Shown here: piece by piece, positions 21,430 to 32,694 of the stretch | Layout: every line of letters begins with the position of its first letter | How positions within the stretch are numbered: position 1 is the first letter of the stretch | From: Chiloscyllium plagiosum | Taxonomy: Eukaryota | Direction: 5' to 3' | Assembly (NCBI RefSeq): GCF_004010195.1 | Contig: NC_057720.1 | Span: forward strand, 15,829,961 to 15,862,917 | DNA: 32,957 nucleotides | Translations under genes and position numbers: made by a program | The notes under the pieces: generated by a model | Database searches by the model: none | What the model was told of the DNA's origin: nothing | What the model saw: the letters and a program-made list of their open reading frames with translations, nothing else

Positions 21430-21730
21430 GGGTGGCACCGTGGCTCAGTAGTTAGTACTGCTTCCTCACAGCGCCAGGGTCCCAGGTTCGATTCCACCCT
21501 CGGGCGACTGACTGTGTGGAGTTTGCACATTCTCCCCATGTCTGCGTGGGTTTCCTCCTAGTGCTCCGGTTTCCTCCCACAGTCCAAAGATGTGCAGGTT
21601 AGGGTGGATTGGCCATGCTAAATTGCCCGTAGTCAGAGGGAAATGGGTCTGGGTGGGTTACTCTTCGGAGGGTTGGTGTGGACCGGTTGGGCCAAAGGGC
21701 CCGTTTCCACACTGTAGGGAATCTAATCTA
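21430..21730 (+). mobile_element. HE1-type V-SINE, full length
   Basis: gggtggcaccgtggctcagtagttagtactgc...ggttcgattcc...ctgtagggaatctaatctaa. Confidence 0.92.
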
Positions 21731-21734
21731 AACT

Positions 21735-21990
21735 TACCAAGACTCCTTTGGCAGCATCTTCAAAACCTACAAACTTTATCAGCTAGAAGAACAAAAGCAG
21801 CAAATACATGGGAACACCATGACCTGCAAGTTCCGCTCCAAGTAGTTTACCAACCTGACTTGGAATTATATTGCTATTCTGTCATTGTCAATGGATCAAA
21901 ACTCTGGAAATCTCTTCATAACGGCACAGTGGGTCTACCTACAGCACATATCAGATGACAGCTTACCATTACCTTCTCCAGGGTAATAAG
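21735..21990 (+). mobile_element. 3' fragment of the same LINE family as 23885-27795
   Basis: ctagaagaacaaaagcagca...ctgcaagttcc...ctgacttggaattatattgc...tggaaatctctt matches the reverse complement of 23950-24190. Confidence 0.7.
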
Positions 21991-22774
21991 ATCTCTGTTC
22001 CTTTTCCTATCAGCTCCAGACAATTGTACATTCAGATGACCACAATATTAACCGTATGCCATGACTGAAAATAGTTATTAATAATTTGCTGTCTCTCCCA
22101 AGCTTATGGTAATGGTTTTTCAACAACCTCCATGACTCATTCCTTGGTAACAAATACACAATTAGATCTTCATTCTCCTTCTCATCATTGGGAAGAACTA
22201 TACCTTTATGAATGACCATTAGGCCACAGGCCATTAGGCATAATTCTGACTCAATTCACAGGTTCTCTGAACCAGGCTCCCAATACCAATCAATGCAAGA
22301 TGTCAATTTCTGAGTGTCTGCTATCTCCATTTCATTGTTCCAAGACCGATACCATACCTATCGTCCAGCACTGAGTGCAGAAACCACAGAATGTCATCAG
22401 CAGGGGGTATTATTCTCAGTCTCCAATTAACCAATGCCTTACGGTGTTCTGGCCTAACAATGTAGGCAGGCATAGTTAATTGCCAAAGTACAAATGAGTC
22501 ATGCAGCTTAGCATGCATTCAAATGCAAAATTATGTGATTGGGATCACACACCAGCTGCACATTAATAGATTAAAGCATCAACTTGCTGGTAAAATTGAG
22601 CGGCCTGTCATGCAGAAAGCCACATTGACATCCTATAGCCCACTGATTTCTAACAGCTGACTGCTTGATCTCTTTGTAGGGTCACTAGAGATCAACAACT
22701 TGCACTTGTATGGCAACTTTCATGGGGAGCACATCCAAAATACCTTATTAAACTGCAACCAGACAAAGACTGAC

Positions 22775-23095
22775 AACATTTCCCCAAGTAGGGGATGCCA
22801 AAACTGGAGGGAATAGGTGTAAGGTGAGAGAGGAAAGATTGATATGTGACCTGTGGAGCAGTTTTTTCACTCAGAGGGTGGTACTTGGATGGCATGTGCT
22901 GCCAGAGGAAGTGGTGGAGGTTGGTACAATTACAGCGTTTAAAAGGTATCTGGAAGGGTATATGAATAGGAAGGGTTTAGAGGAACAAGGGCCAAGTGCT
23001 GGCAACTGGGATTAGATTAATTTAGGATCAGCTTAGATGAGTTGGACCGAAGGGTCTGTTTCCGTGTTGTATGACTCTACAACTCTGTGATTCTA
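22775..23095 (+). mobile_element. HER1/CR1 3' end
   Basis: FFTQRVVLGWHVLPEEVVEVGTITAFKRYL; tail gttggaccgaagggtctgtttccgtg. Confidence 0.88.
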
Positions 23096-23134
23096 TGCAA
23101 TACATTTGAAGAAGGATCCTAAAGAAAGATCAGA

Positions 23135-23405
23135 GTAAAGTGAGATTTTCAGAGTTTCAGGCCTAGACTATAAAAGGCATGATAAATAATGATGAGGTAA
23201 TGCAAGTTGGAAGACATCAGGGTTCTAAGAAGTTTGTACAGTATGGAAACTTTTGAGGGACAGGGAAAGGCTAGATCACAAGGGGATTTGAACATGAGGG
23301 TGAGAGTTTTAAGTTAGAGGTAATTTAGCACAGCAAGCAGAAGAATGTTAATTCATCTGGACTGAGTTTGGGATGACAGGCAAATAGCAGAGTTTTGGAT
23401 GAGCA
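23135..23405 (-). mobile_element. Old L2-like LINE fragment
   Basis: ggggatttgaacatgagggtgagagttttaag...gcagagttttggatgagc resembles the antisense of an L2 C-terminal region. Confidence 0.45.
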
Positions 23406-23419
23406 GGATCCCAAGTGGT

Positions 23420-23880
23420 ACAACTTATTATTTCCACATCAGTCCCTGAAGAAATGTGTATGTTTCAATAACATTGCCTCTCACTCTCCTACATTTCAAT
23501 GAATATAGATTAAATCTATTTAATCTCTCTTTATAAGACAGTGTCTCCACATCTTGCATCAGCCCATTGAACCATCTCTGGGCTGTCACCAATGCCAGTC
23601 CATTTTTCCCAAGGCTGTCTTCTATATTCCAGCTGTGCCTTGTATAGTTGTAGCACAAACTCCCTACTTTGATACTTTATCCTCCTTTAAATAAAGGCCA
23701 AATTTCTTTTGCTTTCACTATTACATGCTAAACTCGAATGTAGCTTTTGGTGATTCATAGACATGGATTCCCATATCTCTCTGTTCCACAGCTTTCTGCA
23801 TCTTTCTCCACTTAATATTCAACTCCTCTGTTCTTCTTGTCAAAGTGCATTACCTCACATTTCCCCAAAATATATTCCAT
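23420..23880 (-). mobile_element. CR1 fragment
   Basis: ORF 23428-23658 LSYKERLNRFNLYSLKCRRVRGNVIETY; KCEVMHF motif near 23840-23865. Confidence 0.75.
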
Positions 23881-24489
23881 TTTTAAAAATTCATTCATAG
23901 GATGTGGGTGTCGCTGACTTGATCCGCATTTATTGCCCATCCCTAGATGCCCTTGAGAAGGTGGTGGTGAGTTGCCTACTTGAATTGTTGCAGGCCACCT
24001 GTTGTGGGTTGGCCTCCAATGCCCTTAGAGAGGGAGTTCCAGGATGTTGACCCAGCAACAGTGAAGGAAATGTGATATACTTCCAAGTCAGGATGGTGAG
24101 TGGCTTGGAGGGGAACTTGAAGGTGATGGTGTTTTCATTTAGCTGCTGCTTCTGTCTTTCAAGATGGAAGTGGTTGGAAGGTGCTGTCTGAATTTCTGCA
24201 GTGCATCTTGTACATAGTACACACTGCTACTATTGAGCGTCAGTGCTGAAGGGTGTGGACACTTGTGGATGTGTTGTCAATCAAGTGGGCTGCTTTGTCT
24301 TGGATGGTGTCAAAGTTCTTGAGAGTTGTTGGAATTGCACCCATCCAGGCCAGTGGGGAACATTCCATCACACTCCTGCCTTGTGTGTTACAGATGGTGG
24401 ACAGGCTTGGGGAAGTCAGCAGGTGAGTTACTCGCCACAGTATTCCTATCCTCTACCGGGTCTTGCAGCCACTGTTTATGTCATAGTGT

Positions 24490-24995
24490 AATAGAATCAT
24501 AGAAATGTATCACATGGAAACAGACCCTTTGTTCCAATTCCTCCATGCTAACCAGATGTCCTAAATTAATCTAGTCCAATTTGCCAGCATTTGGCCACAT
24601 CCCTCTAGACCCTACCTATTCATATACCCATCCAGATGCCTCCTAAATGTTGTAATTGTGCCAGCCTTCCTCTGGCAACTCATTCAATAAACTCATCACC
24701 CACTGCGTGAAAATGTTGCCCCTTAGGTCCTTCAGAAATGTTTTCCCCTCTAACTTAAACCTATGCCCTCTAGTTTTGGACTCCCTCACCCTAGGGAAAA
24801 GACATGGGTTATTCACTTTATCCATGTTCCTAATGCCTTTATCATCCTCTATAAGGTCAGCCCTCAACCTCTGATACTCCAGGGAAAATAGCCACAGACT
24901 ATTCAGCTTCTCCCTATAGTTGAAACCCTCCAATCCTGGCAATATCATTGCAAATCTTTTCTGAACCCTTTCAAGATTCACAACGTCCTACCTGA
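24490..24995 (-). mobile_element. HER1/CR1 3' fragment nested in the LINE
   Basis: ORF 24643-24981 LERVQKRFAMILPGL...LRGNIFTQ; tail at 24490-24560. Confidence 0.9.
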
Positions 24996-26821
24996 AATGG
25001 ACAGTGAGTCCAGTTGTGTTTCTGATCAATGGTAACCCCAGATGTTTATAGTGGGGGATTGAGTGATGATAACACCGTTGAATGTCAAGGGGCAATGGTT
25101 AGATTGTTTCTTATTGGTGATAGTCATAGCTTGACATTTTTGTGGTGTGAGTGCTACTTGACACTTTTCAGACCAAGGCTAGGTATTGTGTAGATCTTGT
25201 TGCATTTGAACATGGAATGTTTCAGTATCTGAGGAGTTGCGAATGGTGCTGAACATTGTACAATCATCGGCGAACACCCCCACTTCTGACTTTGTGATGG
25301 AGGGAGGGCCATTGATGAAGCAACTGAAGATGTTTGGACCTGGGACACTACCCTGAGGAATTCCTGCCAAGATGTCTAGGAGCTGAGATGAATGACCTCC
25401 AATAACCATGACAATCTTCCTATGTGTCAGGTATGACTCCAATCACTGGAGAGTTTTGCTAGGATTCCTTAATGCCACTCTCAGTTAGATGCAGCCTTGA
25501 TGTTAGGGGCTGTGTCTCTCACCTCACCTCTGGAATTCAGCTCTTTTGTCCATGTTTGGACCAAGGTTGTAATGAGGTCAGGAGCTGAGTGGCTCTGGTG
25601 GAACTCAAACTGGATGTCATTGAGCAGGTTATTGCTGAGCAGGTGCTGCTGGATAGCACTGTTGATGACTCCTTCCATCACTTTATAGTTGATTGAGAAT
25701 AGATTGCTGGGGCAGTAATTGGTCATGTTAGGTTTGTCCTGCGTTTTATGTACAGGGCATACTGGGGTAATTTTCCACATTGTAGGGTAGTTACCGGTGA
25801 TGTAACTGTATTGGAACAGTTTGACTCGGGGGTTGACAGGTTCTGGAGCACAAGTCTTCAGTACTATTACCGGAATGTCATCAGAGCCCATAGACTTTGC
25901 AGTGTCCAGTATCTCCAACCATTTCTTGATATCACGTGAAGTGAATCAAATTGGCTGGAGACTGATCGCTGTGATGCTGGGGACCACTGGAGGAGGCCGA
26001 GATGGATCATCCACTTGGCCCTTCTGGCTGAAGATTGCTGTGAATGCTTCAGCCTTATTGTTTGCACTAATGTCCTGGGCGTTTCCACCATTGAGGATGG
26101 GGGTAGTTGTGGAGCCTCTCCTCCAGTGAGTTGTTTAATTGTCCACCACCCTTCATGACTGGACGTGGCAGGACTGCAGAGCTTAGATCTGATAGTTTGG
26201 TTGAGGGATCGCTTATCTCTGTCTATTACTTGCTGCTGCTGCTGTTTTACATATGACTAGTCTTGTCTGGTCACATCATCAGGTTGGCACCTCAACTTTC
26301 AGGTATGTCTCTGGACATGCCCTCCTGAATTCTACTTTGAACAAGGGTTGATCCCCTGGCTTGATGGTAGTGGTTGAGTGGGGGATATGTCAGGCCATGA
26401 GGTTGCAGATTGTGTTGGAGTTTCATTCTGCTGCTGTTGATGGTCCACAGCGCCTCGTGGGTGCCCAGTCTTGAGTCACGAGATCTGTTCGAAGTCTGTC
26501 CCATTTAGTACAAGTGATAGTGCCACACAACATAATGGAGGTTATTCTCAATATGAAGACGGGAATTTGTCTCCACAAGGTCTCTGCAGTGGTCACTCTT
26601 ACCGATATGTTATGGACATATGTATCTGCAGCCAGCAGATTGGTGAGGATGAGGTCATGTACATTTTCCCTCTTGTTATCAGTGGAACTTGTTATGTTCA
26701 AGGCTGAGTGTCTGGGACATTGTCTAGAAGGTATGATTCCGTGAATATGACTATGTCAGGCTGTTGCTTGACTAATCTGTGAGACAATTCTCCCAACTTT
26801 GGCACGAGCCACCAGATGTTT

Positions 26822-27037
26822 TAAAAAAAGACATGATGGTCAAATGTTTTATACAGAGGATGGCTCACATGTGGAATGAACTTCCTGAGGAATTAGTGCA
26901 TGCAGGCACAGTTACAATATTTAAAAGACACTTAGGTCAATATTTGAAGAAGAAAGTTTTGGAGGGATATGGGGCAGGAGCAGGCAGGTGGGAATAGTTC
27001 AGTTTGGGAATGTGGTAGGCATGGACTATTTGGACTG
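26822..27037 (+). mobile_element. CR1 3' end nested in the LINE
   Basis: FIQRMAHMWNELPEELVHAGTVTIFKRHL (ORF 26779-26997). Confidence 0.82.
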
Positions 27038-27416
27038 TGTAGGATTGAGCAAAAATCCCCAACATCTAAAATACTGGCCAGGACCCTAGACTTTGCAAAA
27101 CTTTTAAAAGTAAAGGGGGCAGCTGGGCTGAGTTCTGGGAAAAATACAGAAACACAGAGATGGCTGCTTGGAAGCATTATTCAGCCTGGGATTGCAATGT
27201 ACACCTGCACTCCTAGAGAACAATTAACCAAACCAAACAATCTAGACGGAAACTAACTTTTATACCTCAGGGTACCCAGCACAGACAGTATGGGGCCTGT
27301 ACAGAGACACACATTCAATCAATATCCACTTATACATGCTCTTAACAATTGGGAAGCCAATTGGCTTCAGAAGAAAACAGGACACACAGTCAGTATGACT
27401 GTCAGGCGCTACTTCA
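27038..27416. mobile_element. Solo LTR-like element
   Basis: TG...CA ends and flanks actg/cctg. The start (gcaaaaatcccc...ccaggaccctagactttgc) resembles the start of 9323 (gcaagatcccc...ccagaccctaacttggc). Confidence 0.42.
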
Positions 27417-27799
27417 CCTGGGTCAACAGGCTGGTTCTGCATTGTCTTTCTGGTGCCAGGCGATCCATTCGGTTTCATTTCTTTAAGACTTTGTCGTGAT
27501 TGGTACAACTGGATGGCTTGTTAGGCTATTTCAGAGGGCAATTGAGAGTCAACCACATTGCTGTGGGTCTGGAGTCACATGTTGGCCAAACTGAATGAGG
27601 ATGGCAGATTTCCATCCCTGATGGGGTTTTCCAACAATCAACAATGGGATCATGGTCATCAGTAGATTCTAATTCCAGATATTTTTAATTGGAAATAAAT
27701 TTCACCATCTGCCATGGTGGGATTCGATCCCAGGTCCCCAGAACAATAGCTGAGCTTTTGGATTAGTAGGTTCGTGAGAAGACTATGAGGTCATCAATT

Positions 27800-27892
27800 C
27801 CCCCGCTTAGGTTTTGTCCACATGCTTAATGTGTCGATATCTCTCTGTAGACTCTCCATGTCATCTTCACGGCTTGCCTTGCCACCAACTTG
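27800..27892 (-). mobile_element. CR1 RT fragment
   Basis: TQVGGKASREDDMESLQRDIDTLSMW. Confidence 0.7.
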
Positions 27893-27899
27893 TGTGTTG

Positions 27900-28055
27900 T
27901 TTATGGTAATGATTTCACTGTGATCGAGCAGGTAAGAGTGAAACCCAGTGAGGACGGTTTGATTCCGATGGCCCTTAGAGGAGAGCACAATAATGTAATC
28001 AGCAAAGAAGTGGGGCAGAGAGAAGACACCATGATTGGAGTCATGCGTGATGTGA
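27900..28055 (-). mobile_element. Old L2-like RT fragment
   Basis: HDSNHGVFSL...TVLTGFHSYLLDHSE resembles L2 DxGxxSLLVLLDL...TVLxWFxSYLSDRSQ. Confidence 0.45.
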
Positions 28056-28057
28056 TT

Positions 28058-28545
28058 AGAAACAAAGAAATATAGAAGATAGGAGCAGAAGGAGGCCATG
28101 TGGCCCTTCGGCCCTGCCCCACCATTCGTCACAATCATGGATGATTGTCTAACTCAACAGCCTAATCCTGCTTTCTCCCCATAACCTTTGATCCCATTCA
28201 CCCCAAGTGCTATATATAGCTGTCTCTTGAATACATTCAATATTTTTGGCATCAACTACTTCCTGTGGTAAAGAATTCCACAGGCTCCTGACTCTCTGGA
28301 GGAAGAAATGTCTCCTTATATAGCTCCTAAATGGTCCATCCCAAATCCTCAGACTGTGACCCCTGGTTCTGGGCACACTCACCATCGAGAACATCCTCCT
28401 TACATCTACCCTGTGTAGTCCTGTTAGAATTTTATAAGTCTTTATGAGATCCCCCCTCATTCATCTGAACTCCAGTGCAAACAATCCTAACCCAGTCAAT
28501 CTCTCCTCATATGTCAGTCCCACCATCCCTGGAATCAGCCTACAT
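28058..28545 (-). mobile_element. CR1 3' end
   Basis: ORF 28149-28460 MRGDLIKTYKILTGL...HFFLQRVRSLWNSLPQEVV, plus tail. Confidence 0.9.
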
Positions 28546-28955
28546 TCTAGTATCATAGTATAGGTTGGAATTCACTTGTGGACCTTTCGTATACTGATGA
28601 CAGTGTCAGCTCTGCTGTCTCTGAAGAGAATCTTCAAGCCTCAGTTAATGCCTTCGTGGAAGCATAGCGAGGAATTAGCCTCAGCCTCAACCTCATGAAG
28701 ACTCAACATCTTTGCTGACCCAGTCCAGGTCAAATTCCAATCAACCTCTTCATTAATATCAATGGAGACATTTTCCTAAACTTGGAACATTTCCCTGACC
28801 TGGGAAGCTACCTCTGATTTAGGGCCGACATTGATGCAAAGAGTCAATGCTGTATCTAGTCCATGAGTGCCACTTTCGTCCTCCTCATCAAAGGAGGAGA
28901 GTCTTTGAAGACCATGATATCTGTGCAGATATTAAGATCCTTGTGCTTAAGTCAG

Positions 28956-29166
28956 TGTTACGATACTATGGCTTTAAGAGGTCAAGAACCAATGAAGTAA
29001 GCAGTTTGTGAGGCCTTGAGATTTTGTTTTACAGTTGGAATAACAGATACAGCCTGAGAAGGTGAGGTCAAGCTCCCATAGAACCAGGATTTTTAGTTTT
29101 AACATTTCAGTAGCAGTCGCTGGGGTCTTGAAACTAGGTTTGAAAGCTGCAGTGTATCTCTCCCTG

Positions 29167-29197
<31 letters not shown>

Positions 29198-29566
29198 GAG
29201 TTTCTTCTTAATGTTTTTCCTTCTGGACTGGAGAATTGCATATGAGACAATCTATTTTCCTGAATGTGCCTTTGCCAAGGGTGTGTTTATGAGATGTTAC
29301 TGTATTGGAACAGTTACTGTTTAGTAGTTAAATAACCCATTATTCTATTACATTTTCCAGTAAAGTTATTCCATTTTCTCCTTTCTTTTGTTGCGTTTTA
29401 ACTAGAATGCATGATAAAAAGTGGGTGTTGTTTCAATACTGGGTGTTTGACCAATCGATTTACATCTGGAATACAATGTCATGCACTTGTCTTTCAAATA
29501 AGAAAACATTAGGATCTAGGCTATCTTCTACATATAATTTGAGGGTGTTTGGTCTGGTTCATAACA
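28956..29566 (+). mobile_element. Solo LTR (611 bp)
   Basis: tgttacg...cataaca termini and flanks tcag/ccag; cleanly interrupts the RTE reading frame. Confidence 0.75.
29169..29196. repeat. (TC)14 microsatellite
   Basis: Read directly from the sequence. Confidence 0.95.
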
Positions 29567-30189
29567 CCAGTTACCCTTCTATATGGCTCCGAAACTTGCA
29601 GGACATATAGAGGCCGTCTCATGACCCTTGAGAAGTGCCATCAGTATTGCTTGAGATGGATTATCTGCATCAGTTGGGAAGACTAACAACAGTGTCCTCA
29701 AAGGAACTAACAGCACCAGCATCGAGACCATGACCATCCAAAACCACTTAGGATGCCTGAGTTCCAACTGCGGAAACAAGTCATCTTCACCCAGCTCCAG
29801 GAAGGCGCTCAAATGGGATGAGGACAAAGGGAGCATTTCAAAAACACCCTAAGATCTTCCTCAAGAGATGCAACACTGCTGTTCAAACGAAATCGACTTG
29901 GAGGAAGCTCCTATACAAAGAGACGCAACTCTTTGAGCAAAGCCATCAGCAAGGGGAAGTAGAGTAAAGGAGCCAGAAAAAGGAATGCCAATGGACTCAA
30001 GGTCAGGAACCAATTCCACCTCATGGAAACACTTGATAAAGGTACAGATTGAGATGAAGCTCTCGGCTCAGGTTCATCAACCACACAGGGGCCCACAGAA
30101 CCCAATCAGCAGTGACACGGAACTTCCTAAGTGGAAAATTATACTCATTGGTGAGTGATTGTCGTCAACAATAGGTTGGAAGCCTGATT

Positions 30190-30610
30190 AATGAGATCCC
30201 AATGCAGAGGTACCAAAAAGATGAGAGCTAATTTGCAAGGAAGACACGTTTGTGGACTTTGGATTGAAAAAAAGGATTGGAGATGAGACAGTTTGCAACA
30301 AGGTGTCAAAGGAGGGTTTTCTGAGCTAGGGAGGGATGACGGCAGAAATTAAAAACTGCAGGTCAGTGGCCAAGGAACGAAAACGATTTACAAAGCCATT
30401 TGGAATGTAGACCATGAAAAGAAATTGGACAGTTGGCAATTTAATGGAATGGATCTCGAGGAAAGGAAGTGGGCTTCATGGACATGGTGAAGGAAGGAAG
30501 AATTTGGATAAATTTAAAAATTTAAGGGTGAAGCATGGAAAATTATTGGTGAACGTTTGGATCGGTAGACAAAGAGAGAGTCCGAGTGTGGCAGAAGCTG
30601 CTAAGTAGAT
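30190..30610 (-). mobile_element. Old L2-like RT fragment
   Basis: Purine-rich plus strand. The minus strand gives remnants of DxIPxxL...SGxxPxxFKxAVIxPxLxKPSLD...NxxPISNL. Confidence 0.4.
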
Positions 30611-31344
30611 GATTTAGTTTATTTTTCCTCCTGAATTAAAGATTTGCATGAAAATGTTCCAGAATCATTTTACCTTTTAAAACATCCACTAGGGAAGCAA
30701 TTAAGACAATAGCATAACATCCCCTTAGGGATTTTTATAATTCATTGTCTGCAGTCTTCAGATGGAATCATTTCTTTCAGTGAATATAATGAAATGCATA
30801 CATTCTACTTAAAACACATCAATTACGTGCACTTGTGTGTGCATTTTGGGGTGAAATGTACAGATTGGCTGCTAATTATGTGCATATTCTATATAGTGAA
30901 ATACATACATGGTATTGTAAGTTTGCAAATACACTACATTTGGGTAACATTGTGTCAAATGCTGAAATGTGAGCTTATTGAATAATAATGAGTGCATTTT
31001 CACAGATGAAAACTCTATTTCAGAATGGGATCATTGAAGCTCAAAATAAAAGTGCCTTAAATCCCAACAACTCAAAAGTGCTTAGATCCAAACATGAAAT
31101 AATGATTTTTCAAAATTGAGAATCAAACTCTTTTTGCTCTGGATGGAGGCACAATGGAAAGAGCTGTTGATGCAGTTGCCATAGTATCAGCCAATCAGGT
31201 GGGAGAGAGCTTTGTGAGCAATGTTGGAAGCTCAACTCCGGCTTCAGATCAACATTCATTTTCCTTTTATCCAGCTCTCCTTTCAAAATAAAATTCTTTT
31301 TTTGAATTTGTTGCCACTTAAACTGATGGTAAGTCCGTCTTCTA

Positions 31345-31520
31345 CCATGAACACAAGATGTTAGAGCAGAGTCAGCCATCTGACCCTTTCAAGCTGCTCC
31401 GCCAAGTTCTATGTTCCTTTGCCTTAAAAATATTCAACGAGAAAACCTCAACACGGCAGGGAATTCCACAGATTCATAACCCTTTGGGTGAAGAAGTTCC
31501 TCCTGAACTCAGTCTGATCC
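31345..31520 (-). mobile_element. CR1 3' fragment
   Basis: ggaattccacagattcataaccctttgggtgaagaagttcctcctg reads RRNFFTQRVMNLWNS on the minus strand. Confidence 0.7.
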
Positions 31521-31554
31521 CATTACTGCTTGACTGGACTCCCATCATACTGAG

Positions 31555-32362
31555 TCGAGAGTGTGGTGCTGGAAAAGCACAGCCGGTCAGGCAGTATCTG
31601 AGGAGCAGGAGAATTGACATTTTCAGGCCTAGGCCCTTCATCAGGAATGAGGCTCGTGGGCCAAGGGGGCTGAGAGATAAATGGAAGGGAGGTGGGGCTG
31701 GGGGGGAAGGTAGGTGAGAGTGCGAGAGGTACCTGATCCATTGCTCTCAGTGCGGTTTCCTCTGCATTGGGGAGACAGGAAGCCTACTTGCAAAATATAT
31801 CAGAGAACATCTCTGGGACACACGCAGGAAGCAACCCCACTGCCCCATGGCCGAACACTTCAACTTCCCCTCCCACTCCCCAAAGGACATGAAGGTCCTG
31901 GGCCTCCTCCATCGCCAAAACCTTACCACCCGATGCCTGAAGGAAGGAAGCCTCATCTGCTGCCTCAGGACCCTCTGACCACATAGGATCACTGTGGATT
32001 TCACCAGTTTCCTCATTTCCCCTCCCCCATCATATCCCAGATCCAACCTTCCAACTTGGCACCACCCTCTTAACCTGAGCTGCCTGTCCATCTTCCTTTC
32101 CATCTATCCACTCTACCCTCTTCTCCAACCTATCACCTTCACCCCCAACTTCATCTACCTGTCGCACTCTCAGCTAACTTCCCCCCAACCCCACCTCCCT
32201 CGCATTTATCTCTCAGCCCCCTTAGACTGCAAGCCTCATTTCTAATGCGGGGCTTATGCTCGAAACATTGATTTTTCTGCTCTCCGGATGCTGCCTGACC
32301 TGCTGTGCTTTTCTAGCACCACTCTCTTGACCTTGATCTCCAGCATCTGCAGTCCTCACTTT
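31555..32362 (+). mobile_element. 5'-truncated Penelope-like element with inverted terminal repeat, GIY-YIG endonuclease remnant and 16-bp TSD
   Basis: YLIHCSQCGFLCIGETGSLLAKYIREH...AEHFN...*PHRITVDF (31730-32010). Inverted pLTR at 31555-31725, direct pLTR at about 32150-32362. TSD ctcccatcatactgag at 31539-31554 and 32363-32378. Confidence 0.9.
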
Positions 32363-32474
32363 CTCCCATCATACTGAGAGGACTTTAAACTCTGCTATTC
32401 TTGCAAGGACATTCATCATGTTAAAGACAAAGGCAACACCCCAATTGTTTTTTTTCTCTGTTATTGCTTATTGT

Positions 32475-32690
32475 TTCCGTGGGATGTGGGTGTCACTGTA
32501 ATTGATGTTCTTACCTGTCCCTGATCATCCGCAAACAAAGTGGATTCAAGGACCATTAAGAGTCAACCACATTGCTGTGGGTCCGGAGTTACATATAGTT
32601 CAAATCGAGTAAGGACGGTAGATTTTCTTCCCCAGAGAGTATCAGTGAACTGATGGATTTTTACAGTAATCAGAGATCATTTCATGGAAA
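32475..32690 (-). mobile_element. tRNA-derived SINE, second family, truncated by a Penelope insertion
   Basis: gggatgtgggtgtcactg...ttaagagtcaaccacattgctgtgggtccggagttacat. Confidence 0.75.
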
Positions 32691-32694
32691 CCAG

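Larger units (their letters stand above)
23885..27795 (-). mobile_element. Near-full-length APE-RT LINE of the CR1/L2 superfamily (possibly Zenon-like) with a tRNA-like 5' head, interrupted by three insertions
   Basis: Endonuclease start NIWWLVPKLGELSHRLVKQQPDIVIFTESYL (26820-26728). RT ORFs 25481-25918 and 25179-25442 (PQGSV, FADD). 3' tail at 23885-23960. SINE-like head at 27417-27795. Confidence 0.82.
28570..30170 (+). mobile_element. Decayed RTE-clade LINE 3' half, split by a solo LTR
   Basis: YTDD...EENLQASVNAFVEA..LSLNLMKT, LEHFPDLGSYL..RADID, and after the LTR TLLYGSET; these are RTE RT and C-terminal motifs. Confidence 0.75.
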
